From: Paraspadella gotoi
Taxonomy: Eukaryota; Animalia; Chaetognatha
Direction: 5' to 3'
Length of the DNA stretch: 64,000 nucleotides
Assembly: GCA_051294375.1 (NCBI GenBank)
Contig: CM119268.1
Span: forward strand, 9,928,370-9,992,369
In this document: piece by piece, positions 1 to 12,634 of the stretch
Layout: every line of letters starts with the position of its first letter
Numbering within the stretch: the first letter of the stretch is position 1
Notes under the pieces: model-generated
Databases searched by the model: none
Seen by the model: only the letters and a program-made list of their open reading frames with translations
What the model was told of the DNA's origin: nothing
Program-made: the position numbers and the translations under genes

Positions 1-5
1 GTAGG

Positions 6-1943
6 TTATGCCTGTCCCGTAGCGGGAATTTCTTGATTGGTGTGGTCAGAAATCCAAGACCTATTAAGAGTCAAAATGTTTTTTGAATACTTCAGGCGTA
101 AACTAGATAAGTCAGTAAGTTAAACAAGAATTGAAAGTAAAATCGTATTGATAGCAAAATATAAGTCATAACAGCAATATGATTCATTTTCGTTGGAACA
201 ACCGACAAACCTGAAAGCGGCGACTTCAGTGAAGACTCCCGGTCTTCCCGAGCAAGTCCCCGGTCCGAAAGAGACGACACCGATGACGTCGTAAGAGCCG
301 CTGTCATTTGGGCAAACGAGCGGACCGCCGGAGTCGCCCATGCAGGCCGACCACTTGTATGGGTCGCCGAATCCAACCACGTCTAGACAAAAAAAAAAAA
401 AAAAAACAATTTGGAATGATATTCATGTTATTACGAAACAAAGTCAGTTTATATGATAATTTGATGATAATTTATGTATAATTTTTCATAAAGAGAAAAA
501 AATAGCGATCCTCAATAAAACAAAGGAGAAAGTTTCATGAGAATAAAGAGCAGCTAAAAAAGGGGATCATCAATCAAAGTCAAAGAAATAAGAATTAAAT
601 AAATAATTTTTATATTGGTTGTACCAATTTCATAAAAATTAGCAAAAAAAGGCAGCGACGATTAAAGTAGATAATGTATTGTACTTGGTGGCAAGAAGGA
701 TCCATATTGTCCTCTGAGATCGGACGCGGACCAGATATTTCCAGTTACTTTTTGCAATCGATCGGCCAACTGTTGTGGCCACCGTTTGATAAGACCCCAG
801 CCGGAGAGAATGCAATTCGAATGTTTTCTATAATCCTTGTTGGGCAAACAGGCAGAACCTAAGTGAAGTGTGAATTCACAAATAATTATTTGCCTGACCG
901 GTCGACTAGTTATGCACAGAACGGTTGTCCCTTAGCCAGAACCTGCGTAAGCGCCACTTAAGTCGATATCCCGATTAACTCTCAACAGCGCAATGTCGTT
1001 CTGAAACTGTTTCGGGTGGGTTGGTGATAAGTGATATAACATTCTCTACGAGCTTTGGGTCCATTCGTGAAAATAAAACCTGCTGCGGAGAAGAAAAGGA
1101 AGGATGGGAATAAAGCGTTTCGACGAGGAAATCATTTTCCGTTCCGTCATTACGGTTGAGATACCACTCGCCGACGCGAATCTGGACGAACGAAATAAAA
1201 GTTTACGGCGTCCATTATCAATTGGCACTTCCCCCCCCCCAGAATAATTTGTTATGTGGATTTCGACAATTTTTTATTATTTTAGAATTTATTATTTTAG
1301 ATTATTTTTAATTCATTTGATAACAGGTACGAAAAAGGATTATCAATTTTGTGCATACTGCTGGACGTAAGTTGTAGTTGTTCGTCCACAATACCTTGTA
1401 ATCACTTGCTCTTTCGGATTGCCCGAAGCAGTGCGCCGCGCACAAAATCCACCTCTGCGGGACAAACAAATAGGAGAAAAAAAAAATTAGGAAAACGAAC
1501 AATAAATAAAGAAAAGAAAATCAAAAAGAAAAAAAAATAAACAACAAAAGATTAGAAGATTCGAACCTTATTGAGAATAGTTCCGCCGCAAATGTGGCCA
1601 TGGTTTTTGTATCTCAAGGAGATTTGCCAAGGGAATTCTCCGTGGCCGGCATTTTCGCCATTGATGATTCTGCTGCTGGCGCCTTTCTTACCGCACTCTA
1701 AAAATGGCGTGAAAAATAGAGAAAAAATGATTAAAAGAAGTACGTAATTATTTTAATATCAGATATAAACTATTTATGAATGAACTCTGAATTGTGTGTT
1801 CTTATTTTATACATATAATACATAATGCTTAGAAAATTTATTTTTCAATACGAAGAGAGATGAGTGTATGGTGAGGTAGACTTACGCTTGAATGCAGCAA
1901 CGGAACCTAGTAGAAACAACGCGACACATAAAACGAGCTTCAT
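6..1943 (-). CDS. Secreted S1 serine protease, chymotrypsin-like (8 exons)
   Basis: Spliced reading gives signal peptide MKLVLCVALFLLGSVAA, activation site SSR|IINGENAGHGEFPWQ, HICGG, catalytic AAHC, NDIALL and ACMGDSGGPLVC. Ser at position 189; stop TAA at 8..6. Confidence 0.92.
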
Positions 1944-3126
1944 TTTTGCGATCTAATTTCACGATCTCATTTCTCAAGCTTTATAGAAAAAATTTTTCAT
2001 AGCGGCCAGATGAAGTTGGAAGAAGTTTTAATACGTTTCTCTCCCCCAAACTTTTTTTTCCTTTTAATCAATTTCATGAATCTTCCAAGAAACCTATTTA
2101 ATTAAAATGGCATAAAAAATAGCCGAATTTTCAATCTTCACACTTTTCATAATTAACAACTGTATCGCTGTTTCATGAATCATGATACCCATTCAATGAA
2201 GTTGTCGTCGTCTGGCAAAGAATCCCAAGTGTCACTCGACTCGTTGACTCCTGAGATAATTTCTAAACGCAACCTCTTCACGCCACCGGCGGCGTTCCCG
2301 TAGGATCGACCAAACTCGAAACAACAGTAATGATTTCACTTTATCACGCGTGAAAACGTCACAAGTCGTATTGTAAATTCACCCTTTATTCGGCTAAAAT
2401 TTTCAGGACCGAAATGTACGTGCGCATACTCAGTCACGCGTTCAGTTTACAAAAAATCTAGACGATTGAGTGAAATACTGCTTCATCAAAACAAACTTTT
2501 GAAAACAACGCATATTCACTGTAAATCGTGATACGAACGATTGCATTTCAGTTAGACGATTTTGTTTTATGTTGGCCTTGAAGAAGTCTAAGCTTGAATT
2601 TAAAAAAAAAACCGGGGGGTGGGATTGAACCAAAAAAAAAAAGGCGGCCGACTTTTCTTGCCTTACAGCCTTAGCCTTACTGGGTCCATAAATGAGAGAA
2701 AAGGTGTAACGCATTAACGCACCAACAAACTTTCACAATAAGTAAGAAAGAAAAGTTCGTCCCTACTCAATAAAATTGAATAATCTATTCCGTATGTACA
2801 CAACAATTCCTTCGAAAAATGAAGCACTTTTATACTTAAAATAAATTAAAAAAATTGAAGAAAATGGGTTTCAAATCGACCTTGAAAATTATATACAAAT
2901 CAAATTCTTTTCTTCATTTTTTTATTAGTCATTGTTTCTAAATTTTCATTTTTGTGAACAATGTATAACATCAAGATAGGATGAAGTGTCCAACAGAGTA
3001 ACAGTGTTTATGAAAAATCCCGAAGAACATTGATCATAAAAAATCGCTTTAGTATATTTTAATTTTCATAGAGTGGCTGTGCATGTCGTGAGTCCGCGAA
3101 ACGTGTGACACTTAACTAAATAAAAA

Positions 3127-4465
3127 ATGTATCGTCGGTTTTTGGTTATGTTCAGCGCGTTGGTAACAATCTTTTCATTAACTGAACAACATCGAGACCA
3201 CTCGAACGCGGTTCCGCCAAGAGGAGGTTCGCATAAAAAAGGTTTACAGTATACGTATAAATTCAATCTTTTAAACTAATAGAACAATACAATTAGGACT
3301 GCCCAACAACCTAATCGAAGACGAGCAACATGTTTTGGATCATTTGAAGGAAGAGTTGGGGGACAGGGCCCCGGAGAGTGTTAACAGAGACGAATCAGGT
3401 AAAAAAAAAGAAAATGAAGTATATAAACATAAATATGAAAAATAGCTAAATAAAAAAGGCCTATGGCAAACGGGAGGACGTGTGTGATCCCCGGTATCGG
3501 GTGTGTGAGACATCTCCCGATAGCTGGCTACCCACACAAAATTTTATTCTAATCCAACCATCCAATCACGAGTAATAGTTTATTTTCTAAGGTGGAACGG
3601 ACGGACATACGGACGGACGGACGGACATATTTTTTTGGCATAATTTATCATAATTCGATGTTCTAACATGAAATAAGTTAATGCCCGACAAGATTGAGGG
3701 GGCGGACCGATGGACCGACAAAGTGGATTATAGAGTCGGGATCTGATCCGACTAAAAACTATCAGGTTTGACTGTCTTTCAGACTTTTACTACTTTCACA
3801 CCCATGACACCAACAAAGACAATCGCCTCGATGGTTTGGAGATCTTTAACGCCTTCTCTCACATGATGCCTTCTGACGAGGACTTGCTCAAGATGATGCA
3901 GAGGGATGGGGAAAACATATTCGGTGGAACCGCTAAGACGCTGGTCGATATCAAAAGGGAAGCTTACAATTTTCTCACTGGTGAGAAACGGCGTTTTGCT
4001 TTCCAAAACTTGAATATGAACTTCTAGTTGTTCCAAAAAAAGTGTGCTTCTATACGAGTGGTGTTTAGTGTTTATCCGTCTCTTTTCGTACTTGGGCTTC
4101 TCATTACACCTGGGTCTTGGGCCACATTCGGCTATGTCGATCTTATTTGAAACAAAATAGCAAAGGTTAGTCGTTTCACTTTTAAGTTTGTAGGTCCAAT
4201 ACCGATAAAAAAGAAGATAGAATGCATTTGTTTATCCTACCGATCGAAGTAAAACTGCTGCTAATTCAATAAAAACATACTCAGATTTCACCATTTGAGT
4301 GTTTGCCAGCCATCGGTAAAATCCTAAACCACCCTTAACCCTTCAATTAAATTTTACCCTTTCGCTTCAGAATACGTCGACAAACTCTTAAAACATGACG
4401 AGGACAACGATGGGTACTTGAACTACGTAGAGTTCGCTTCCGGTCGACGCAGAGACGGCGATTAA
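3127..4465 (+). CDS. MCFD2: MCFD2-like ER-luminal two-EF-hand protein (4 exons)
   Basis: Signal-like N-terminus MYRRFLVMFSALVTIFS; EDEQHVLDHL; FYYFHTHDTNKDNRLDGLEI; VDKLLKHDEDNDGYLNYVEF. Intron phases are consistent. Confidence 0.85.
3465..3758 (-). mobile_element. DINE-1/HINE-like non-autonomous element in MCFD2 intron
   Basis: (GGAC)n microsatellite at about 3598-3627; minus-strand terminus TTTTTAGTCGGATCAGATCCCGACT is a T-run plus short inverted repeat. Confidence 0.5.
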
Positions 4466-6316
4466 CCCTTAGGAACAGCCGAACGAGTAATAAAATCACT
4501 GGGACATTCAAGATGTTTTCAGTTAATTTTTTTTTTTTTTTTGGCGTGTACTTATTAAAAACAATTTGATTTTTAAGTAGCTTTTTATGCCAGTAGGGTT
4601 GGTCGTTCGTTGGTCATTTCTTATTTGTAATTTTTTTAGCCAATGTTGCCGTAAATGTTCACTGTATCACAGGGGATGATAATTATCTTTTAGGTTTGTA
4701 TAAATTTAAATTTTTAATCAGAAATTATTTATTTTTAATTTTACTAAAATTTTTAGCAGTTGAAAAAACGTTACTTTTGTTTTTTCAAAAGACGTTTTTC
4801 TTTCTTTTTGAGTCTCACGCATGAAGTTTTTAAGTTGAGACAAAAATTCCTCTAACTTTTCTAACTCGCATAGAAATATTTGCAGGGATTATCATTAAAG
4901 CATAAAGATCGTAACTTTATGAGGGTTTGTAATTAGCACGAAAGGATCATAACAAGCACTAAAAGTAATGCATGTTTGCGATATCCACCGACATTAAATT
5001 TTAAAGAAAACAAGGTATTTTCGTTTTAATCTGCCACTTTAAAGGTAGGTTGAAAAAAGTCTGTATTATGAAAATAAGTCGGTGAGGTAACACAAAATTA
5101 TAACACGAATCTATCACGAATTTTTTTTATTGATTGCGTGAATGAAAGGAAGGGAAAATAAAGAAAGGGAGACTCGAAAATTATTTCTAAAACTAGGATT
5201 TTTTTTAAACCAACTGAATTAAATTGCCTCAAACGTAATTTTCATACTTATATATAAAATCGAAATGAAAACAGCCATGCGGTGAACATTAAAACTATGT
5301 TGCTAGGATATTGGAGAAGACAAATCTGCAGAAATCTGCGATACGATCACTGTTTGATAAGTTGCGATAGTTATAAAATGAACGGAAAACTAGAATGACC
5401 GATTTCATTTTAACGTCAAACGAGAAACACTGGCGAGAATAATGGGCTAGGCTAAGATATTTTTAATATTGTTGGGGTATTACTTGTGAATTTATCACTC
5501 AAACTTTCTGAACTTTTTTAAGATGAGCTCAATAATTTGCAACAAAATTTGTTGAAACAAAAATTCGTTAAAAAACTTTACAGTTTACACACATGATTGT
5601 CACAAGGTCCTTTTGTCATAAAGCTTTCATATTTTGCATAGAGAAATTTTTCAGGTCAAAGAAAATTAAATTCAAAGTAGACTAGATAAAAAAGAGAAAG
5701 AGAAATTAAAACTTGTTACATTAAAAATGGCAAAAGCAAAAAATATTTTAACTGAAAATGACAAAACACATCTGTCACAATATGAACGACCAATTTTTAA
5801 TATACATTTTTTTTACAAATGATAAACAGAGCTAATAATATATACAAGCTCAAACGTGAATTAAAGATGTCAATAAGTAATACAGGCAAAATACAATTGT
5901 AAGGGGAAGACTTGAACGCTCATATGATACAATCTTTTTTGAATTAGAGTTGTACATAAATCGATCAAAGCTGCCCGGAAAGTCTTCTACGGAAGCACTC
6001 GGTCACAAATCCTCAAAAAATACAAATAAATAGAACAAAAACAAATCTAAAATGCCCTCAAACCATAGATTCCTCCATTTTGGCCCAAAGACGGACGGAA
6101 GAAAAAATTAATATCACAAAAGCCTTAAAATCTATAAACTCGGCTGTGCGAGAATCAGCGAGACGCTTTAAAGCAATACTCTCTTATGTAATTATTTAAG
6201 CCCCCAACAACTCTTAAAACGGATGTATTTCGCAGTTATGGCTATGGAAGGCAATATACTGTATAAAACCAACAATTTCTTTAAAGAAACCAAAGGGGGA
6301 ATAGTAACCATAAATA

Positions 6317-7007
6317 CTAAGGGCCGTCCTGGTCCAAAATGAGGGTTCTCGCTCGCATATCTTTCTTTGGGTGTCTTAAAAGAGCTTTTTGGTGCGAAGA
6401 AACTACGCTGGAAGGCGACACCGTCGTAGTCGGCGGCGCGGCGGAGGAAACGTTCGACTGTTGTTTAGGGAATAACGGTTGCTGCGGATGCTGTTGCGCG
6501 CTCGTTTGATTTCGGGATTCGCCATGCTTCGTAGATTGAAGGCTGAGGGTAGAGACCGGTTCGCGTATCGACGAAACCACGGAAAATTTGGCCGCATGGC
6601 GCGAGGCTTCGTCTTCATCGTCGAGGTCCCGCCCACGCTTCCGAGATGCGAAAAAAGAGTCCAACTTGCTATCTTCGGCAGGTTTCGACGTGGGCGACAA
6701 AATATGGGGAGGTTGTTGAGGCGACGGCGGCGCAGGTAGGTATTCCGACTGATACGGTTGCCGAGCGGCTGACGGACGTTGTGAGTGAGTCTTGGCGGCC
6801 AACTCGGCGCAAACCGGGGAATGCGTGTGGGCGTGGATTTGATCCTCGCCGTGCATGTGGCAACCTTGGCAGGCGGTCCCCTCCACATGATGGATGGCTT
6901 CGAAAATTGTCTCCAATCCGCTGCTGACCTTGTGATGTCCCGGCTCCTCGGTCATCGCCTGAGAAGGCGACATGGCCGAAGCTAACGGCGCCAAGGAGGC
7001 CGAAGTC

Positions 7008-7038
<31 letters not shown>

Positions 7039-9471
7039 CCTGCGGCGACAGAGAGCCGTGGTGGCGGGCGGTGGGAGAAGGCAAGCCTTGGCCGTGCGGC
7101 GGCAGAGGAAGCGGAGATAGGTTTTGTCGCATTATCTGATGAGGCTGATTCACTTGCAATCCGTCGTTGGAAGAAGCTTCGACGACTTGGGCAGAGCTAT
7201 TTACAAAGTGAGATCCGAGCGGATTCCCTGCCGCCGCTTGGACCTGAATGTGGGGATGCGCTTTTATATGATGTTGCAGTTGCTGGACTGGCGATTTTTG
7301 GTGATGCTGCTGTAACAAATGATTTCCAGACGGCGAGAGGAGCAACTCGACAGTTCCTTCCCCGACGTTGGATCCGTATGAGACGACGGGCAGCGGGTTC
7401 GGATTCGCCGATTGAACGGGGAGCGCCACGACTCTAGGTAAGGCGCCGCCTGACGAAGTGCCGCCGTTGAGGATAGAAGAAGAATTAATAGCCTGATTCA
7501 TCGGCGAAAGGAGGGACGACGGTTGCCCGCTTAAACGATCAAGAGCCGCCTGCGTGGCCTGAAGAAGAAGCGTGGTGTTGTTTCCAGCGCTACCACTCGC
7601 GGGCAAAATCGCAGCGGCCACCCCTCCGTTGTTATTTACTTGCTGGGAAAGCGAGACCGTGTTCGTCGGGGAGAGCAACGCCGATGATGCCACTGCTGGC
7701 AGTTGTTGCTGCTGTATCTGATGACGGAGCAGCGCTGTCGCAGCATCGGTGGAGGTCAAGATCGAGGGAGGGGGCTCCTGCTTAACCTCAACCTTTAGCC
7801 CAGAAGGCGTAGCGGCCGTCAGCTGGGGCAGCTGATTGGCCAGGAAAACGGTGGTGTTGCCAGAGGCTGCCGGCGAAATTTGCTGCAACTGGGTCGTCAT
7901 ATTTGCCAGGCTGATTGGGATGATCATGTGCGTGGCGCCTTGATTCCCGCCCGACTGTGACGCCACAAACTGAACGGCGCCCCCCTGCGGAGAGATGCCG
8001 ACGGGGACAGGAAGGTTTCCAGAAACGGGGGGCGTCGGCGGTGGCGGTGAAGTCATCACAAGTCCTTTACCGGAAACGTCAAGTGGTTGCTTGAGGGCAA
8101 CGGCAATGGGAGCCGAGTTGACTGGCTGTTTCACAGAGGCGGTGTTAATCCGATGAGGCGCTTTGGGGGCAGGTGCTAGGGGAGCGATCATCGGCATTGC
8201 TTTAGCAGGCGGCTGCGGTATGGTTACGATCTGCGGCTTAATCGGTCGAGGCGTCGAGAGACCGCCGAAGGACGTCGGTTTGGCGACAGATGCCGGCGCG
8301 AGAGACGGGCCCGAAAAGACGATGGAGGGCGCGGCCGAGACGACGGCCACGTTGTTATTGTTGTTGATGTGTGAGGGCTTTACGACAGCGGGATCGATCA
8401 CGTTGACTCCCTTCGCTTGGTGAGTTTCGCGAACGCGATCCTCTAACAACTGACGAAGGGTCTTCGAGGCGGAACGCTCGCAATCCAACAACTTGGTTAA
8501 CTCGTTAATGTCGCGTTTCATGCTTTCGATCTGGGCGCTTTGTTGCTGTAGAAACTCAGGAGTGACAGCCTGTGAGTGAAAAAGAAACGTCTTTTTAATT
8601 GAAATGATCTAGGAAGCGCCCCTCAATAAATTGGTGTGAGTTTCGTAGAAGCTTAAAGCTTCAGAACACAATGTTACTGTGGAAGTTATTGTTTATATTA
8701 CAGCTTTCTTTTCTACGTTGCCGTGGTCAACACATCAATGATTAGTAAAAACAGATTCAAGTACAAACTTCCCGAGACAAAAAAATTTAAAAAAAAAAAA
8801 AGAAAAAAGAAAAAAGAAACCTGGGCGGAGGGAACTCTTTGATTGTTTGCTTCTGGGGTCAATCCACCGACGCCCTCATCCGAAGAATCTTGAACCTCGC
8901 TGGTTTCCCCGACGGCACCGACTTTCCTCCACTTGGGCGGCGGGGACGGCGCTCTGTCGCTGCCGTCGCTCTCCCACTGCTGCTGTGGCTGCGGTTGTTG
9001 CGGGTGATGCTGCTGCTGTTGTTGATTCTGTTGTGGCGCCTGCGACGGTTGCGTCGGCTGTTGCTGCTGCACACCTCCAAGCTTTCGCAGCAGGAGCGCA
9101 TTTTGGTGGTGCAGTTTGGCCTTTTCTTTCTCCAGCTGTAGAATGTATTCGGAGGTCTGCTGTAGAATGGCGGCTTTGCTCAGCTTTTCGCCGTCCGTGT
9201 GAGGGATAAGGCTTTTCAACGCCTGGAATCCCGTGTTGATACTCTGCATTCGCCGACGTTCGTTAGAGTTAGCGATCTCGCGCCGGATCCGCTTTTCCCG
9301 CTCCATCTGGGAGCGGGGAGACGTGGGACGGACGCAGTCCTGCAGGCGACACAAACCGCCGATGACTTCCGCGTCCTCCATGGTGAAGTCGTGGTAGATC
9401 TTCTTGGGGTTGGAAACGGTCACGGGGTTTTGAGCCTCGGGCGCCAACCCCTGGGGCTGAATATAAGACAT
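6317..9471 (-). CDS. TFAP4: bHLH-ZIP transcription factor AP-4 (cropped ortholog), 2 coding exons (9471-8821, 8569-6317), about 967 aa
   Basis: REKRIRREIANSNERRRMQSINTGFQALKSLIPHTDGEKLSKAAILQQTSEYI is the AP-4 bHLH; a second coiled coil follows; AP-4 C-terminal motif LETIFEAIHHVEG. Phase-0 GT-AG intron 8820-8570. Confidence 0.93.
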
Positions 9472-10312
9472 GGCGGGGGATTTCTTGTTATTTGTTCGCC
9501 TTCCTTCACGATGATGAAAGGGATGTTGATAGGTCGATCAAAAATCGAAAGAACGAGCGAGAACGAAATAATTCTGGGCGTTTTTTTTTCCACGTCGGAT
9601 GATCGAAACGAAAACGACGTGGGAGACGCGTTCGATGAAGTTCTCCCCACCGACGAAGGATCGACGAACCTCGGCCGCCCGCTCCCTTTTTTTTTCAAAG
9701 AAGCCGGCGGTGGGAGGGGATCGAGAGACGAGGGGGAGTGAAGTCCGGAGTGGCTCGACTCTAAATTCCTGGAAAAGGGGGGAAATGAATTATTAATTTG
9801 ATTAAATATTTGACGAGTTTCTAATGTTTTTTTAATTCGAATACAAAACATACTTTACGTAAAAATATTATTCGTTCCAGATTAAAATTTATATTTTAGT
9901 CCCAAAAACTTTATTTCAGGAATAAATAATAGGTAAAATTTTAAAATGATTTTTAAAAAAAAAGTAGCTAAATTTCTCTAAATTTGGATATTTAGAAAAT
10001 TTGACTTTTAATTAAACAATATAAAGCGTATCATTGTACCATTTTAAACACTTGATAAAAACATGAACACTTTACTCTTTCATAATTATTTCTTTTCCGA
10101 GTCAGAATTAAAATCGAGGCTTATGACATGTTGAATTCGGAGTTTTGAAAGTATCTTAAATCTAAAAATATTTTCTTGCGAGTACAAGGGAGATAAACGA
10201 TCGAGGAGAATCTTTTTTTGGAGGGAGTCCCGTCGCACACGTGGTTTTCGAAAGGGACGGAAGAGCGAGAAAATCGGCGAGAACGGAGAGAAAGGAATCC
10301 GGGAAGTCCATG

Positions 10313-10317
<5 letters not shown>

Positions 10318-10399
<82 letters not shown>

Positions 10400-10507
10400 G
10401 GAAGGGATGATCCTTCGGTGGAGGGAAAATGAAAAAAAAAGGCACTCGACGAGAGGAGAGAGGAGATTCGGGCGGAGATGAGGAGCAAACATCGTCGAGC
10501 CCGCTGG

Positions 10508-10545
<38 letters not shown>

Positions 10546-10553
10546 AGAGAGAG

Positions 10554-10578
<25 letters not shown>
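10318..10578. repeat. (GA)n microsatellites (two tracts)
   Basis: Direct reading: about 10318-10398 and 10510-10578. Confidence 0.95.
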
Positions 10579-10586
<8 letters not shown>

Positions 10587-11920
10587 ATCGACAACAAACT
10601 GAAGAGGAAGCTTGGAATGGAGTGGAGGCACAGAGCAGCAGAGGAATTAAGGTGGAAAAAACTGAGGAAGAGGGAGGGAAGGACGAGGTGGAACGAATCG
10701 CGCCAAGCCGTTCCGAAGAAAAAAGAGCGAGACCAATGAGATGCAGGGAAAGAGAATTCAGACGCGAGGGAAGGTGTGTGTATGTGTGCGCTCTCGCTCT
10801 CTCTCGGGGGGCGGGAAGTGCCTCCCGAATTGCAGCGAGAAGAAGAGGATTGTGTGAGCGGAGTATATGTACTGATGTATAGAAACTGTCTAGAAGCGAT
10901 CCACGAGGCGCTGGGGAAAATGGAGAAGATGCGAGACGCAGCGAGACCCTACGCCGGCGGGAAGAGCAGCGATGGTGAAGAGGGTAAAAAAAGGACGAGC
11001 TGCAGATGTGCAGAACACGAGATCTCCGAGACTCGATATCCAGATGAATTTCTAACAGATGATCCCGGGATAGAAAAACCTCGTCGACTTTTGGAGAACG
11101 TGTAAACCGTCATGCGACTTAACAATGTCGCTATGGAAATTGTAGATTTGGATTTCGATAGAAGAAATGTCCTATAAAATGTTGGATGGAGAGAAGGGGT
11201 GGGAAGGTGGGAGGATTTTGTTTGGGCGATGTTGCTCGTGTGGAAACAAGAAACCTTGTCGTTCCCGCTTAACACCTACTTTTAAGCGGGAAAACACTTG
11301 ATAACAGTTAGAAACATGCTACCATAATACATCAGTGGTTGGATCGAAGGAACGATGAAAGCATGGCTTTAGGTCTTGTTTCATTTGTTTAACAGAAGAA
11401 AACAGCTAGGTTTAAGATTAGCTGGGGTTCAGTACAAAATGACAATTTACCAGTTTAGTTTAGTTTAACCCACGTGACCTAAAGCGTCCTCCATAAGTTG
11501 AAACCATTTCAAAAAGTTGAATTAAGAATTTCGTTGTTTTATAAAGAATTAAAAATTTGTTTTGTTCAAAAACAACGTATTGGTTTTTATTTTGATTAGA
11601 GAGGGGTTAAAATACTGAATAATAACTCTTTTTAAAATAAATATGCAAAACTATTATTAATTTTAGCATGATTTTAACAATGGTAGTTACTTTTATGGAC
11701 ATGCCTTAGACTTTCCGCCGAATTAAAACTTTGTCTTTTGAATTGATAGTAACGTTTTACAATTACAAGACAATTACATGACTCAATTCAAGCTTTTACA
11801 ATTATTGTTTATGACCGATTTCTGACTTAAGGGGGCCAAAACATCGAAAAAAAGTTTAATTTTAAACGAGATTTTAATTTTATCATTTTTTTATAAAGAA
11901 AAGATTTTTAGTATTCTTGG

Positions 11921-12634
11921 AGGAAAATGAAGAACAAGGTTTTTATTAATAAATGGGTAAAAAAGAAAAAAAAATGGAAAAGAAGAGGATAATTTCTCAA
12001 AAAGAAAAACTAAAAGAATTTAGATATTGTAATTTTTAATTATTTGTTATTGTTAATTTAATGTTTGGGTAATATAAAATGATTATGTTAAGGTTATAAT
12101 AAATTAAGGTTGATAATAAATTAAAATTAAGTGTAAGTTTAAGTGTAGGTTAGCCTTTGGGATAAGTTAGAGTTAAGGGTAAGTTAAGGTTAAATTTGAG
12201 GTAAGTTAGGGTTAAGGGTAAGTTAGGGTTAAATTAGGATTAGAGGTAAATTAGGATTAAGAGTAAATTAGGATTAAGAGTAAATTAGGATTAAGGATAA
12301 ATTAGAATAAAGTTAGGGTAAGGGGTAAGTTAAGCTTAAGGATAAGTTGGGTTTAAAAAAAGTTTTAGAACAAGTTAAAAGTAAATAAGGGTTAAGGGTA
12401 AATTAAGGTTAAAGATAAGTTTAAAACAAGTTTCAGCCTAAATATACGACAATTTAAATAAAATTTATAAATTATAATAAATTTTTAATAAAATAAAAAG
12501 GAATTAATAATAAATCTTTTGCCCGTGTAACTTATCCAATAAGTTAAATATTTTTAAAATCATTATCATGGTTTTAATTTTTTTTTAATAAAGAAATGAA
12601 CTACGTTTCTTAATCTTCTTTTTCTTCATTTTCC
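11921..12634. repeat. Degenerate TTAGGG-like array bounded by 14-bp inverted termini (MITE-like)
   Basis: GTTAGGGTTAAGGGTAA-type repeats at about 12130-12420; termini AGGAAAATGAAGAA / TTCTTCATTTTCCT. No clear TSD. Confidence 0.5.

Noticed and set aside
10086-11105. Long ORFs with SLSL/ERER runs
   Set aside because: Products of (GA)n microsatellites and GC-rich regulatory DNA.
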